DNA from: Phoronis australis
Lineage: Eukaryota; Animalia; Phoronida
DNA: 64,000 bases
Direction: 5' to 3'
Assembly (NCBI GenBank): GCA_002633005.1
Contig: NMRA01000408.1
Span: 186,001-250,000 of the forward strand
Shown piece by piece: positions 14,485-25,835 of this stretch. The notes beneath the pieces were generated by a model. It searched no databases. It was given only the letters and a program-made list of their open reading frames with translations, and had not been told where the DNA came from. The first letter of the stretch is position 1. Each line of letters opens with the position of its first letter. The position numbers and the translations under genes are program-made.

Positions 14485-17400
14485 CATCATTATTATTATT
14501 ATTATGGCCGGAGAATGAAACAATTTTTGCAACAATACTGCTGATGATGTCGGCGGACATAAACTCAGATTTATGCATTTCTAAGCGCCCTGGGCACTTA
14601 AACTGGTAAGCCTGAAAATGAAGGGAGAGTGTTCGCAGTTCATATTTTGAAACTCACACGATTGAAAAAAATTCACAAGGCTTTGTATGTCCTGGCTGAA
14701 TGACATATGGACATGCAGGAGTGATGCAATGCAAATTTCAGGTGAAAAACCTTTTGAGGTTCGTTCATGTGTTCAAAAACCAGTTTTGCATGGAATAAAA
14801 AGCCACTACAGGGTGCTCTGAGTTTGCTCCTTCGCACTGAATACGTGCCATAAAGGGAAAGTCTTAAAGTCATGAGACCGCGACATGACTCTTAAAAGTG
14901 CGAGAAATAATCTTATGGTTCTTTCGAAAAATAAACGTGTTGTAGTGTATAAGAGACTGTGGCCAACAATGGTCTAAGTAATGTCAGTATCAACAACGAG
15001 GACATTTTAATATAATGCTGAAGACGCTAACAGAATACGATGCCCACAACCATTACTACACTGTCGCTCGAAATTGCTGCGCTTTCTACATTTGAAAGTT
15101 TGCGTTACTATTTTGAAATCAATTCAATGAAGCAGGTTACAGTTAGCCAAGCAATGGGCGTTTAATCCAAAAAATTTAATACTATGGGTATATGCGTATG
15201 TGAGCATGGGTATTAACCCGAATGTTTATGGTACCTACCTGTCTACCCATCGCAGAGGAGTGAGGTAGAGGGACAAAAAATATTTTAAAGACAGCAGGGA
15301 GTGAAACGATTCGACTGCCATGTGACTAAATTCAATCAATCCATCTGCGATCATCTAAACCCCTCCCACACGAGAAAACACAAAACCGGTGGTAGAAATT
15401 CTCCTGATTCTTAAACCACAGTATTGTAGTCGTAAATTTAGAGGTTATAAGTAAACGCCGGATGCCCAGAGTAAAAGCACAGAAGTCTAATGAACGTGTA
15501 CAACCTGCGACATAACAATTCATTTATCAGCTGAGAAACGAGTCGATTTTGTTTTGCGTCTGACTATGACAATGAGAACTGGTTCCTGGGCTTGGAAGGG
15601 GCTGCCTGCTCCTTTTTGGTGCGTAAAATGACGTGTCAGGTGACATATCAACTTGATGATGTTGGTCACAAACATTAATAACAACCCTCAGTTCTTTCAG
15701 AGACCAGAAATAGTTTTACAAATGGAACATGACAATTTCATGACTGTAAGACATCTAAATCAGAAATTAATTTTCTGAAGGAAGGCAGGTTTAAGGTCAA
15801 ATAAAAATCCACAGACCACTTATTGTTGTTTCATCTATAAGCAAACAATTTTTCCACTTTCATGTACAATGGGTTACTCTCGGCCATATAACTAGTTTCT
15901 CTAGTGGAGCGATCATACCCACTGTACCGAAGCAGGAAGTTAGAGGTCGAACGCGAAGAAATGTTTAGCAGACGAGTCCAAACTGCTAACCTTTGCCACT
16001 AGCTTTCCTAGCGTATCCATACAGTACATTAAATTACGGCATGTATACGCCATCTTAAAAAGAAAAGGTGATATACACCATAGCCCTACACTCCACACAA
16101 GTGTCGAAAATTCGCAATACATGGCGAACAAACTTCTATACAGGGGACTGGGTGGAATCATTTCCACGTCTTGTTGCAAAGAAAAGAGGAATACCGTTTC
16201 AATTCGACTTCTCTCAGTTCTCTGGCAAAATACTCAAACTTTTTGTCAGAACTTTAGATTTCATACAAAAGTGCCAAATTATATGCAAGCATTCCACTTT
16301 TAGCACAGCCTCACCTTCCATGACGAAGAAGATCTGTTGGTCTTGCTCATTGCAGACACGGTATCGATTCTTCATCTCACAACCCGTCATTACTGAAAAT
16401 AAAAGATAATGCTAACCTTTAAATTGATTCACACGGCAAACCAATGTTCAGGTTTAAGAACAAGAGCAACGCAGAGCGTTGAAATGCACCCACAATCGCA
16501 CCGTATTACGGTATCCTTCTAGGGTTGTTTATTGGTACCATAAAGTGGCCAGTAGAGGGCATATATGTAGTATGTTGTACTTTGCAAAATGGAAAGGCAT
16601 GGTCATTGTTTCCTCAATAGGCTAGGGGCAAAATGTGAGTGATCATCATAATACAAGCACATCCTATACATCAGTTGCTTAAAGCACTACAGAAACAGAA
16701 TTAAAAACAAATTTACCAAAAACGAGATTAGCACAGCATTAGAATGCCAGAAACAAATTTCTACTTGGAACTTTTCCTTCATAGTCACGAACTAACACAA
16801 AGTATACACCTGGAGACCTATGAAAATACAGAAGTCAATGTAAAATACTTAAATTGCCACTAGAGGCATATCGGTGGTCAGAGTCATCCTAAAGTCGTCA
16901 TCGTCCGTTGTAAACATCACATAAATACACTTGCTAAATTTAGTAAAGATCCTGCAAACGGTTTGGGAGATACAGCCATGGGCGCAAAAAAAACCTGCTA
17001 CTAGGAGGCGCCACAGCAATCAAAGTCATGGGAAATTCAGCGTCAAACGTCCTCTTCATAGTAAGAACATACATGCCAATTTTCACAATCATACTTAGAG
17101 CGGTTTGGTTGATAGAGGGGTGGATGCCAAAAAACAGACTAAAAACAGTAAAAATAGCCACTGGGTGTCGCAAACTAGGTCGAATCCATCCGAAAACGGG
17201 AGGATAGCGTCATCGCACTAATAGGTGCCTACATACCAAATTTCATGAAAATCCGCTAAGGACTTGTGAAGATACAGAGGTAAACGTAAAAAAATAAAAT
17301 TGCCACTAGGGGGCACACTGGTAAGCGGATCCGTCCAAAATCATCATCGTCTGTTGTTAACATCATATAATATTAAATTTCGTAAAGATCAGGCGAACGG

Positions 17401-20400
17401 TTTAGGAGATACAGCCATAGGTGCAAAAAAAAAAACTCCCATTAGGAGGCGCCACAGTAGTCCAAATCGTCTGAAAATCATTGTCAGCTGTCTTTTTTAT
17501 AGTAAGCACATACTTGCCAATTTTCACAATCATCCTTTGAGCGGTTTGGTTGATAGAGGGGTGGACGCAAAAATACAGACTCGAAAACACTAAAAATGGC
17601 CACTAGGTGGCACAAACTATGTCGAATCCATCTAAAAACGAAAAGATAGCGTCATCTCGCTAATAGGTGCCTACATACCAAATTTCATGAAAATCCGTTC
17701 AGGACTTTTGAAGATACAAAGGTAAGCGTAAAAAATTAAAATTGCCACTAGGGGACACACCAGTAGTCGGATCCGTCCAAAAGTCGTCATCTTCCGTTGT
17801 TTACATCATATAAATATACTTACACAATTTCGTAAAGATCCTGCGAAAGGTTTAGGAGATACAGCCATAGGCGCAAAAACAAAACAAAACTGCCACTAGG
17901 AGGCGCCACAGTAGTTGAAATCGTCGGAAAATAATCGTCAACTGTCCTCTACATAGTAAGCATATACATGCCAATTTTCACAATCATCCTTTGAGCGGTT
18001 GGGTTGATAGAGGGGTGGACGCACAAAAAACAGACTCGAAAACACTAAAAATGGCCACTAGGTGGCGCAAACTATGTCGAATCCATCTGAAAACGGAAAG
18101 ATAGCGACATCTCACTAATAGATGCCTACATACCAAATTTCATGAAAATCCGTTCAGGACTTTTGAAGATACAAAGTTAAGCATAAAAAACTAAAATTGC
18201 CACTAGGGACAAACCGGAAGTCGGATCCGTCCGAAAGTTCGCATATGCCGTCCCATTCATGACTGGAACATATGTGCTAAATTTCATGAACGTATGTCAA
18301 AGGGTTTTGGAGATAGAGCAGCGGACACCGGACGCCAGACGGACGCCGCCCGGACGGACGGAGATGACGGCGTCCACATATAAATATGTGGGCGCATAAA
18401 AATGAAAACCCACAATCCTACAAAACTCTCAACATTCCTGACTCAGGACATATGAAGTTTTGGTCCAAAACCATTCAGTTTGTCAAGCATGATGTAAGTG
18501 ATAATTGATATCGTGTTTGGAAATTTCAAGGGTACATGGGCAAAATAAGCATTGTAAACAGATTATGAGTTGATATTTCCATTTTTGAAGGTGATGCGAC
18601 AACAGCAACATCCCAAACTGAACTCTCCTAAATTGGAGGTAAGTATACGTTGCATAACTGACCAAGTAACCATAACCACTCACTGTGCATTACAACATGA
18701 ATGTACGATAATTCCTCTACTTATTCAGCACACTCAGTCAACATGTTATTATTTCAACTGGCAATTATTTTTTCAAGTGGCATTCCACATTTTGAGTTTT
18801 TCATTAAATCGTGATTCAACGTTAGTCAAACTGCTTATGCAAAACTAGTTGAAACTGGTCAAACTAACTAATACTAAGTGATTGAAAGCTTTTTTTCTTT
18901 CGAACTAACGTCAGTTAGTCAGAATACTCCAATGTGTTGTTTGACTAACGTCAAAATTCTATATTGTAGTTTTGTGCCAAGGAAAATGTTAGTTGCAATT
19001 CTCCTTTGTAGATGAACACCATAAACTAACGCTATCCATGGGGAACGTTAGTCAGGATTCATCACTATACATTTGTGCCATCGACTAACGCTATCCATGG
19101 GGAACGTTAGTCAATGGCATGACTGTACAGTGGAGAATTCTGACTAACGCTATCCATGGGGAACGTTAGTCGATGGCATGACTGTACAGTGGAGAATTCT
19201 GACTAACGCTATCCATGGGGAACGTTAGTCACAATTCACCACTGTACATTCATGCCACCGACTAATGCTATCCACCATTTCACACACCAAAATTGATTTT
19301 GGAAAATAATATTTTGTCCCTCATTGATTTTGCACGAGGCTACTTGGTAGGAATTCCTTACCTCGCCAAATTCGCACCAAGTCAATTTTTGTAAAATGTC
19401 AACATAAAGACTGGTTTTTTAATTCGAGTAATGCACAATTTTAAGTTAACTGAATTGATAACATCTGAACATAGTATAATGACAACTTAATTCATCCATT
19501 TATACAGGAAATCTCATGCTACTGTAAACATGAGATACAGTGAGGAGTGTCGTGTCACACAGAGTCATATCAGTGCTCAAAAGATTGTTTCACCAATGAT
19601 GGGTTAAGTACTCTTGTATAGGAACGGCGTAAAGTAACTAAATAACCGTTAGCTGGACCAGGTTGGTAATCCGTAGGCTGCATTTTGCTAAATTCAAAAA
19701 CATACACTACTAGATTATGCAGGTAATTTCGCACAACCCTCGACTACAAATTCAGTTCTAATTGGCGCACCTCGACTATCAGGAAATTATGTAAGTTATT
19801 CTGTGCAAAAATAGTGGATTGCCAAAGTAATAAATTCGGTACAAAGTATAGTAGTTGTAAGTAACAAGCATGGATCACCAGTGGAGTGAAAATGTGACAG
19901 GGAAAAACAACAGCATTGTGGGTAAGGAGTCACATGGCACTTGCATTTTGAAGTGCAATACAACACAGATGATAACTGCTATCAACAACCAGACACCACA
20001 GCTGCTGTAATTCTACACTAACTTTGCACAAAATAAATTAAGTGTGTTTTCCCAGGTAGCTGGGGTGGGTGAATTAAACGGAATACACAAAACACAGCCT
20101 TCCTTGTTGATGGGCATGTTGATAGCAATTAACAGAGTGACCAAGCAATGCCGAGAATGCACGTGTTCGAATGAGTTGCTAAGGTGTTTCAGTTAACAGT
20201 TAGGTCACTTTATTCTGCTTCCGAAAAAGTAATTTATCCGATAATTAGTGAAACGCTCTTTTGAGCAAATGCCTCTGGGTCACAGGGCAGTCAAGGGTAG
20301 GTCACCCTTTTCACCTCAGGTTTGCAATAAGGATGAGATATCCCATATGAATGGATGAATGAAGAGGTGTGTATAGTGCTCAGACCTTATTAAGAGTTTA

Positions 20401-21181
20401 TGAGGTGTGGATTAGGATTTGTGGGAGGTCATTGACTGCAAAACTGACCATGTGCGAGTTACGTGAGGAAAAGAATTATGACCATGTAGCTTTGAGCGAA
20501 ATAAGTGAGGGAAAAGATATTTTTTAAAATAATTTTGGGTAAGCAAAATGAGGTTTGTATGCTAATACATTAGTGGAGAATTAACGAACACTCGAACAGT
20601 GTAAAATCTCACCAACTTGGGGAAAAAGAATTCTCCAAATAAAATTGATCTAACAATATTCTAGCATTGATGCGACTTCCGACAATTCTATAAAACTTTG
20701 CCGCATTGTGGCTATGAGATAACTTAACAGTGGCAAAACTATGTATTTAGATAATTGTTTATTTTTCATGAAAAATGAAAAAAACAACAGTTCACTTTTC
20801 ATGAAAAATGACAAAGAATATTATTTCTTTTCTCTGCCATTTTGTGTTCAAAGTTTGTGATATTTTTCTGTTTTTTTTTAAATTCCGGCTTTCACTTTAA
20901 CTTGTGAATGAAAACTGAAATATGCTGTTCTTACACTACTTTTTGCTCAAAATTAGATTGATTTTATCATACATCAAAACACTGACTTTCAAGAGCACAG
21001 CATTACCTTCAACCAAGTCGAAGATTTGATAAATGTTAACCTTGGACAGAGTGGCGAAGTAAGCAACAGATGGCGGTAGTCCTGCAGGGATGGTGACGAC
21101 CTGTGGTGTGGGCTGATGGGACTGAAGTTGATGGTTCTCAAACTTCTTGTCTCCAGATGGCTGGTTTTCCACAACACTCAT
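1126..21181 (-). CDS. PLSCR: Phospholipid scramblase family gene (6 coding exons, 753 nt, 250 aa)
   Basis: Exons 21007-21181, 16315-16392, 9501-9693, 4723-4834, 1785-1884 and 1126-1220 all have GT-AG boundaries and compatible phases. The joined protein has PLSCR hallmarks: QIFDLVEVMTGCEMKNRY, EDTEFCTRYWCGTLRPF, Cys-rich CCPCCLQE, IDGPCC, IVKHWGG and FPPDMDVQQKAILFGATFLVDFMYFE. Confidence 0.95.
1785..1884 (-). CDS. PLSCR: Scramblase coding exon 5 (VLNPDKTQEIGAIVKHWGGAREICGGVNDFSVQ)
   Basis: tttcag|GTG...T|gtaagt, 100 nt, phase 0-1. Confidence 0.95.
1896..2001. repeat. 20-bp minisatellite (acaaaattatggaaggccaa) x5
   Basis: Five near-identical units read directly. Confidence 0.95.
4723..4834 (-). 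CDS. PLSCR: Scramblase coding exon 4 (WTCIYPRY...KIDGPCCYIKCCTDVPFQ)
   Basis: tgatag|G...CAG|gtaata, 112 nt, phase 2-0. Confidence 0.95.
6375..6914. mobile_element. MITE with long imperfect TIRs
   Basis: ccagaagcgtgttcaa.a.agtgag at 6375 and its reverse complement ctcactctgttgaacacgcttctgg ending at 6914. Confidence 0.75.
7510..7657. mobile_element. Short GC-rich MITE (catgggcggcgca family), tandem dimer
   Basis: TIR catgggc.gcgca/tgcgc.gcccatg; the same family recurs at 35907-35984 and 36745-36881. Confidence 0.75.
9501..9693 (-). CDS. PLSCR: Scramblase coding exon 3 (DTEFCTRYWCG...CCPCCLQE...IKEE)
   Basis: tttacag|AT...GA|gtcagt, 193 nt, phase 1-2. Confidence 0.95.
11818..12346. mobile_element. 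PIF/Harbinger-like MITE
   Basis: aggcctttctttcccact... / ...aatgggaaagggcct termini flanked by TAA-like triplets, with internal cttaac/gttaac subrepeats. Superfamily is inferred. Confidence 0.55.
12982..13096. mobile_element. Small TIR element (~115 bp)
   Basis: 14-bp perfect inverted repeat agcattgcgtacca / tggtacgcaatgct. Confidence 0.6.
14421..14505. repeat. (TAT)n microsatellite
   Basis: Direct trinucleotide run; explains the poly-Tyr ORF. Confidence 0.97.
16315..16392 (-). CDS. PLSCR: Scramblase coding exon 2 (VMTGCEMKNRYRVCNEQDQQIFFVME)
   Basis: ttttcag|TA...GAA G|gtgagg, 78 nt, phase 1-1; matches the PLSCR TGFETxNxY...FAAE segment. Absent from the ORF track. Confidence 0.92.
16459..18402 (-). 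mobile_element. Helentron-associated non-autonomous element (HINE/DINE-1-like) with central tandem array
   Basis: On minus: T-run, 5' subTIR atgcgcccaca with adjacent IR (18371-18397), (GTCC/GTCY)n microsatellite (18325-18362), central ~445-bp repeats x3 (16851-18200), 3' subTIR tgtgggtgcat (16484-16494), hairpin caacgc-tct-gcgttg (16467-16481) and ctcttgtt end. This is the known DINE-1/HINE architecture. Confidence 0.8.
19024..19275. repeat. 59-bp-period array: constant 30-bp palindromic core plus 29-bp spacers in alternating orientation
   Basis: Core gactaacgctatccatggggaacgttagtc at 19024, 19083, 19142, 19201 and partial at 19260. Confidence 0.92.
21007..21181 (-). CDS. PLSCR: Scramblase coding exon 1 (MSVVENQP...QIFDLVE)
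   Basis: ATG at 21181, preceded by a tttgcag/cag acceptor at ~21200; donor G|gtaatg at 21006, phase 1. The start codon is inferred and an upstream coding exon cannot be excluded. Confidence 0.8.
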
Positions 21182-22477
21182 GATGATGCTGATAGTCTGC
21201 TGCAAAGAAGACGTATTGGCATTCACACCTACATGGTTGGTAATAAGGTCGGACTTCTGATAGTGACAGATTTTTCCCACAAATTAGGACATGGCGAGAT
21301 TCGCCAAAACAAAGCATGGACAAATGATGACATTTTGCTTTGATGAGAATCATCACTAGCTCATAGAAACGTTCCGTTAACGTCCTCAAAAGTTATACCG
21401 TACTCATCAGGGTTAACCCCATGCTTGGCTAACCCAGTCAACCTCGAAATTTACAATTTTTCACTTTAAGTAACTATGCTCATCTTACTGCCCACCCTTA
21501 ATATGCTGCATGACCAAGACGTACTTCACAATGTGCGCAGCTCTGTCGTCACACAATTCAAGATATTGATTGTAATTATAGTGAAACATCCGCCTGAATA
21601 GGGCACTGCCAGCTCATTATGTATGCAAAACGTTTCTATCTCACAACTTCTCAAAAATATTGAGTTATTTTGGCATTAAGAGGTGACGGACACCTCAGTT
21701 TTTGATTTTCCCAATTTTAAAGGCACCTTGGGTGGCAACCCGGATGAATACGGTAATACACATGTTCGATTTAAAGTTGCATTCCAGCCATTTAGGAAAC
21801 TCTGTTACATCAAATATTCATCGCAACTTTATCTTTTCTAACAAATTATTCACAATACGTACAATAAAATTTTTACCAATTTCGAACAAAAAAAACACGT
21901 CAAGATGGTCTTTCTTCATTTTTAAAGGGCTTCGAACATTGAAGCGAATGCCCACAATTTTTTATAATGTCCAACAGTTATGGTGCAAAACATGAACGTA
22001 GAAATACTGGTATATTCAATGTGGTGCTACCCACCAGTTACACGCCATATTGTGCTAAATTGTTGAGACATTACCCTACTCTGTCAGATACTGTGCTGAC
22101 TGGCAGCTTCTACAGTCTGTGAATTTTGGCACTTGTGTCAATATAGTACATTATTTTATCTACAGGGTTACAGAAAATACTGAACAGTTGTTACCAAGGT
22201 CATATTAATACAAAATAATTATAGCTCATTTCTTCAAGCCAATCGATGAGATATTGACAAACACAAAACTAATATTTGAACAGGATACAAAACAGTCAGG
22301 AGATAGATAGGCCAGCACACAAGCACGTCAACAAGTGCCCATCACTGGCGTATCTAGGACGACGCAATTTTCTAGGGAAATGTTCTTGCGAGATTTAAAA
22401 ACGGCAAACCGAGAGCATTTTTTGCTTCTTTTAGTTGTGTCTGTTAGCTCCCCGATGTCCATACCATATAGAAGAAA

Positions 22478-22585
22478 CACGTGGTTCAAGATGTAGACCA
22501 CTGGTCTTCCAATCTAGAGATTGTGGGTTTGAATCCTAATTATATCCCACTGATGATCCCTTGAAGCAGGTCTTCGTCCCCAACT
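22478..22585 (+). mobile_element. Degenerate tRNA-derived SINE fragment
   Basis: A-box-like gtggttcaagatg (22481), B-box ggtttgaatcc (22526-22536), then ccttgaagcagg..ctt..cccaa resembling a CORE-type segment. Confidence 0.45.
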
Positions 22586-25500
22586 CAAAGCTAATAACTA
22601 TCCCTAACAACATTTTATAAACGAGTGTCCCTTTAGAATAACTTTTAAGTTTCACTTCAAAATCCTTTAAAATGTATATATCATATACTCCGTATTTGAA
22701 TCTATTTTGCCTGGAGTACGCTACATGCTATGAACTATGACTTAAGCTAAGAGTAATAACAAACGAGGCTCTGCAACTGAGGGGCATAGGAAAAAAAATG
22801 CCATGCCACCGTGAGGCTACTGACAAGGCCAACTGTGAATAGCGTTTGTTTACTGTGTAGGCCTATATTTAATGGTTAAATGAAAGAGATCAAGCATTGA
22901 TAAAGCAATGCTTGAGGTGCTCAGTACTGTAATTGCCCGGGTAACTGCCCACAGCACTCATATAAGGGAACTCATAATTCAGGGGGTGGACGTAAACACC
23001 AGCAGGGACGCTTAAACATGAAATCTTTGAGAACTTAGGTGGGCTGCTTGTACCCGAACCATCAAGTCAGTTAAGGCCCAATTCAGACTGTGTGTGCAAG
23101 ATCGGAGGATTGCAGACAATATAGTAAGGGATTAGTGTCTACAATGGGGTGATCACACCCAAAGTCCCTGAAAGAGAATATACAGAGTAGCCAAAAGTGC
23201 TGTATAGACGAATTTGTCATTCAGGGAACAACTGAATTGATATATATCAAGCCATTAGTTGTGATTTCCCAAACTGCTTATCCATTTCTAGACTATTAGG
23301 GGTTAAATTAATGTCCACACTACAACTTGCCTTGTCACAGAGTCCTCAGTTAAGCTAACATTTAACACTTAACATACCCTACGCCTTGCAACAAATTTTA
23401 CAAAGTTTATCCTTTAATTTCTCAATGCAAACCTTATACGGCGGAATGTCAACTAGTCATACACAGCTGTTAAGTGAACACTGACACTATCACTATTTTT
23501 TGCACATGAGAATGATATTGGAATGAACATGAGCCAAGAGGACCATTCCATATCTTCCTCAATAAGAGCAGCATAAGTACGAGTATTTTCCCACATGAAA
23601 CAAAATGATCGTTACTCAGGGGTTAAGCGAGTTACATATTTTTGGAGCTAAAATTCTAGTGAGATAGGCGTTAACACAGAAAAGGATACTTTTAAGTGCA
23701 CTATGATGGCTGCTGGGCGACCATTTCGCTCAGAGTCTGAGCTCAGTTCACTGGGGTAGATTGTTTACACAACACTGTTAACTAAGACCCAGCATGAAAA
23801 TGCCAGGTCACAGACAGTGGTGTTCTTAATCTGTACCACCAGCTTTGTTTTTGGTATAGTGATGCTTGTTACAATTTTATTTATTCCACTATCAGGGGTC
23901 CCATAACAAAAAATCGAAGTTCTAAACTTAAGGATAATCCTTTACTTCTTTTATTCGGGAATTTGAATTTTTGCAAGCTAAGTAATGCCTAAGATTTTCT
24001 GGAAAGCAAATGGTTACACAGCAAAGTCTTGTTGTGGCAATTTAAATAAAAAAATCACTCTAAAGACCACGGCAATTAAACGAAATGTAGTAACATTAAC
24101 TTAAGACGTATACAATTCCCCAGGAAAGTGTTCCTTGTTTAGATATGGATGATGGAGTATCTTTGGCAAATGTAGGCCGATTTTAACCAAAAACATACCG
24201 TGGTGGTTGACATAAAGTAATTCAAAATTACGTGTCAAAATTAAATGAGAAAAATACAACAGTTGAAATAGCCAAATGCACAGGCAAATTCCACTCACAC
24301 AGCCAGACGGCTCATCATGACTGTGGTAAATCAAATGCGAATGTAAGCAATTAGGCCTAAACTGCTGCACACCTGCTAAGTGGCTATCCGCGGAAACCTA
24401 CCCCAAAACATACGAACGCTGGACATCAGACACTGAGCGGAATGCCTAATCGAGTCCGTCAGAAAATCAAGTTGCTAACTTCGCGGTCACCATTTTTTTT
24501 AATAGCGTGCTTTTCATGACTGAACTTGCCGTTTTGCATTGGCACAGCCAAAAACTGACTACCATGTATTGCCGATTTATACGACATGTCATTTGGCAGT
24601 TCCAGGTGAGTCAACCAGCGGACAAGACAGTCTCATTACTTGGTGACTGCCTTTGGGGGAAAATTTCAGGCTACGAAAATATTCGGTGTATTCCGAATGA
24701 CACAGACCAAAATTCTAAAACATTTCGTGGTCTCTGGATACCCACTGTGAGAGGGTAGGAATGATGTATGACAGTATTCTTATGATCTAAGTGACGTGAT
24801 CGGACACAAGTTGTGCGCTCCTCACTGAGGACCTCAGTCATACAAACGATGATGCTATGGCGACGTGTGTAATGTGTTACCTGGGCGGTGTAAATTTTCG
24901 AAGTCTACGTGAAGTTAACTAAGCACACAGAGGCTCCTAGCTTTATTTTACGTCAGTCTTCATACCAGGGTAAGTGTAAACCTGGCTGGCTAGCGTCTAG
25001 CCTTGGTGCAAAGTTGTACATACTAAATATACGATAGTCTTCATAGAATCATACGGCTAGCGTCGGTCTCGGGAGTCGGACACCCTCCTGTCTACCTGCC
25101 TCATCTAAGAAAGTTTGCCTCAGAACAAGCGGACTATTGCAGTGTTAAGTGTTATATAATTGTAAAACAAAAATGCAGCAAGACGACTAAATATCTAGGG
25201 AAAGTAAATGCAACACCTATTACCTACTTGTGCATAGAGATCCTCTCACTTCTGCTGTCTCGTCTCGCCCTTCAAACACTATTGCGCAAGCTCTCCACAG
25301 TTACGACATCTACCGTCATTTTGTAATACCAGGCTTGTATTTCGTAGACGGACGCGGCAAGGTTTCGCAAAAAATGCAACATCACGGAATACTTCGCAAG
25401 ATATTGCTATGTATTACAAGGAAAGCATGTGATTATACTACTTTCCTTCGCGAGATTTTTGCGTCTGCAAACCTACCCAAATCCAGGGGCCTCGAAGACA

Positions 25501-25835
25501 GAAGCCGTCATTTCACTGAGTGCTGCTTTCACTAGGCTGACGGACAAGTTGGGGGTCGGCCACCTGGCCGACGAGGCAGTGAGGCTGAGTCAGGACTGAG
25601 GCCGCCCGGGGACCTTTCCTGAGTGGGCTCTAACTCTCTTTACAATGAAAAACATTATTACAAAGAATATCAACAGATATGTGGAGCAACAGTGGCGGAT
25701 TTAGACCAGATTCCATTTGACAGTTCGGGCGGTGCGGACTTGGCCTTTCACTGTGGCGGGCAACTTGATCCTCAGTCCACTCCGGTCCGCCCTCGGCTGC
25801 CTGGCAACAACTCAAAATCCTGGATCACCCCTGAG

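Noticed and set aside
14293-14544. Poly-Tyr/Ile ORF
   Set aside because: Artefact of the (TAT)n microsatellite.
19024-19275. CRISPR array
   Set aside because: Spacers are all variants of one sequence (direct or inverted), no cas genes are present, and the locus is a eukaryotic intron.
21182-21280. N-terminal extension of ORF 20936-21280
   Set aside because: It starts at a non-ATG codon and crosses a clear splice acceptor, so it is intronic.
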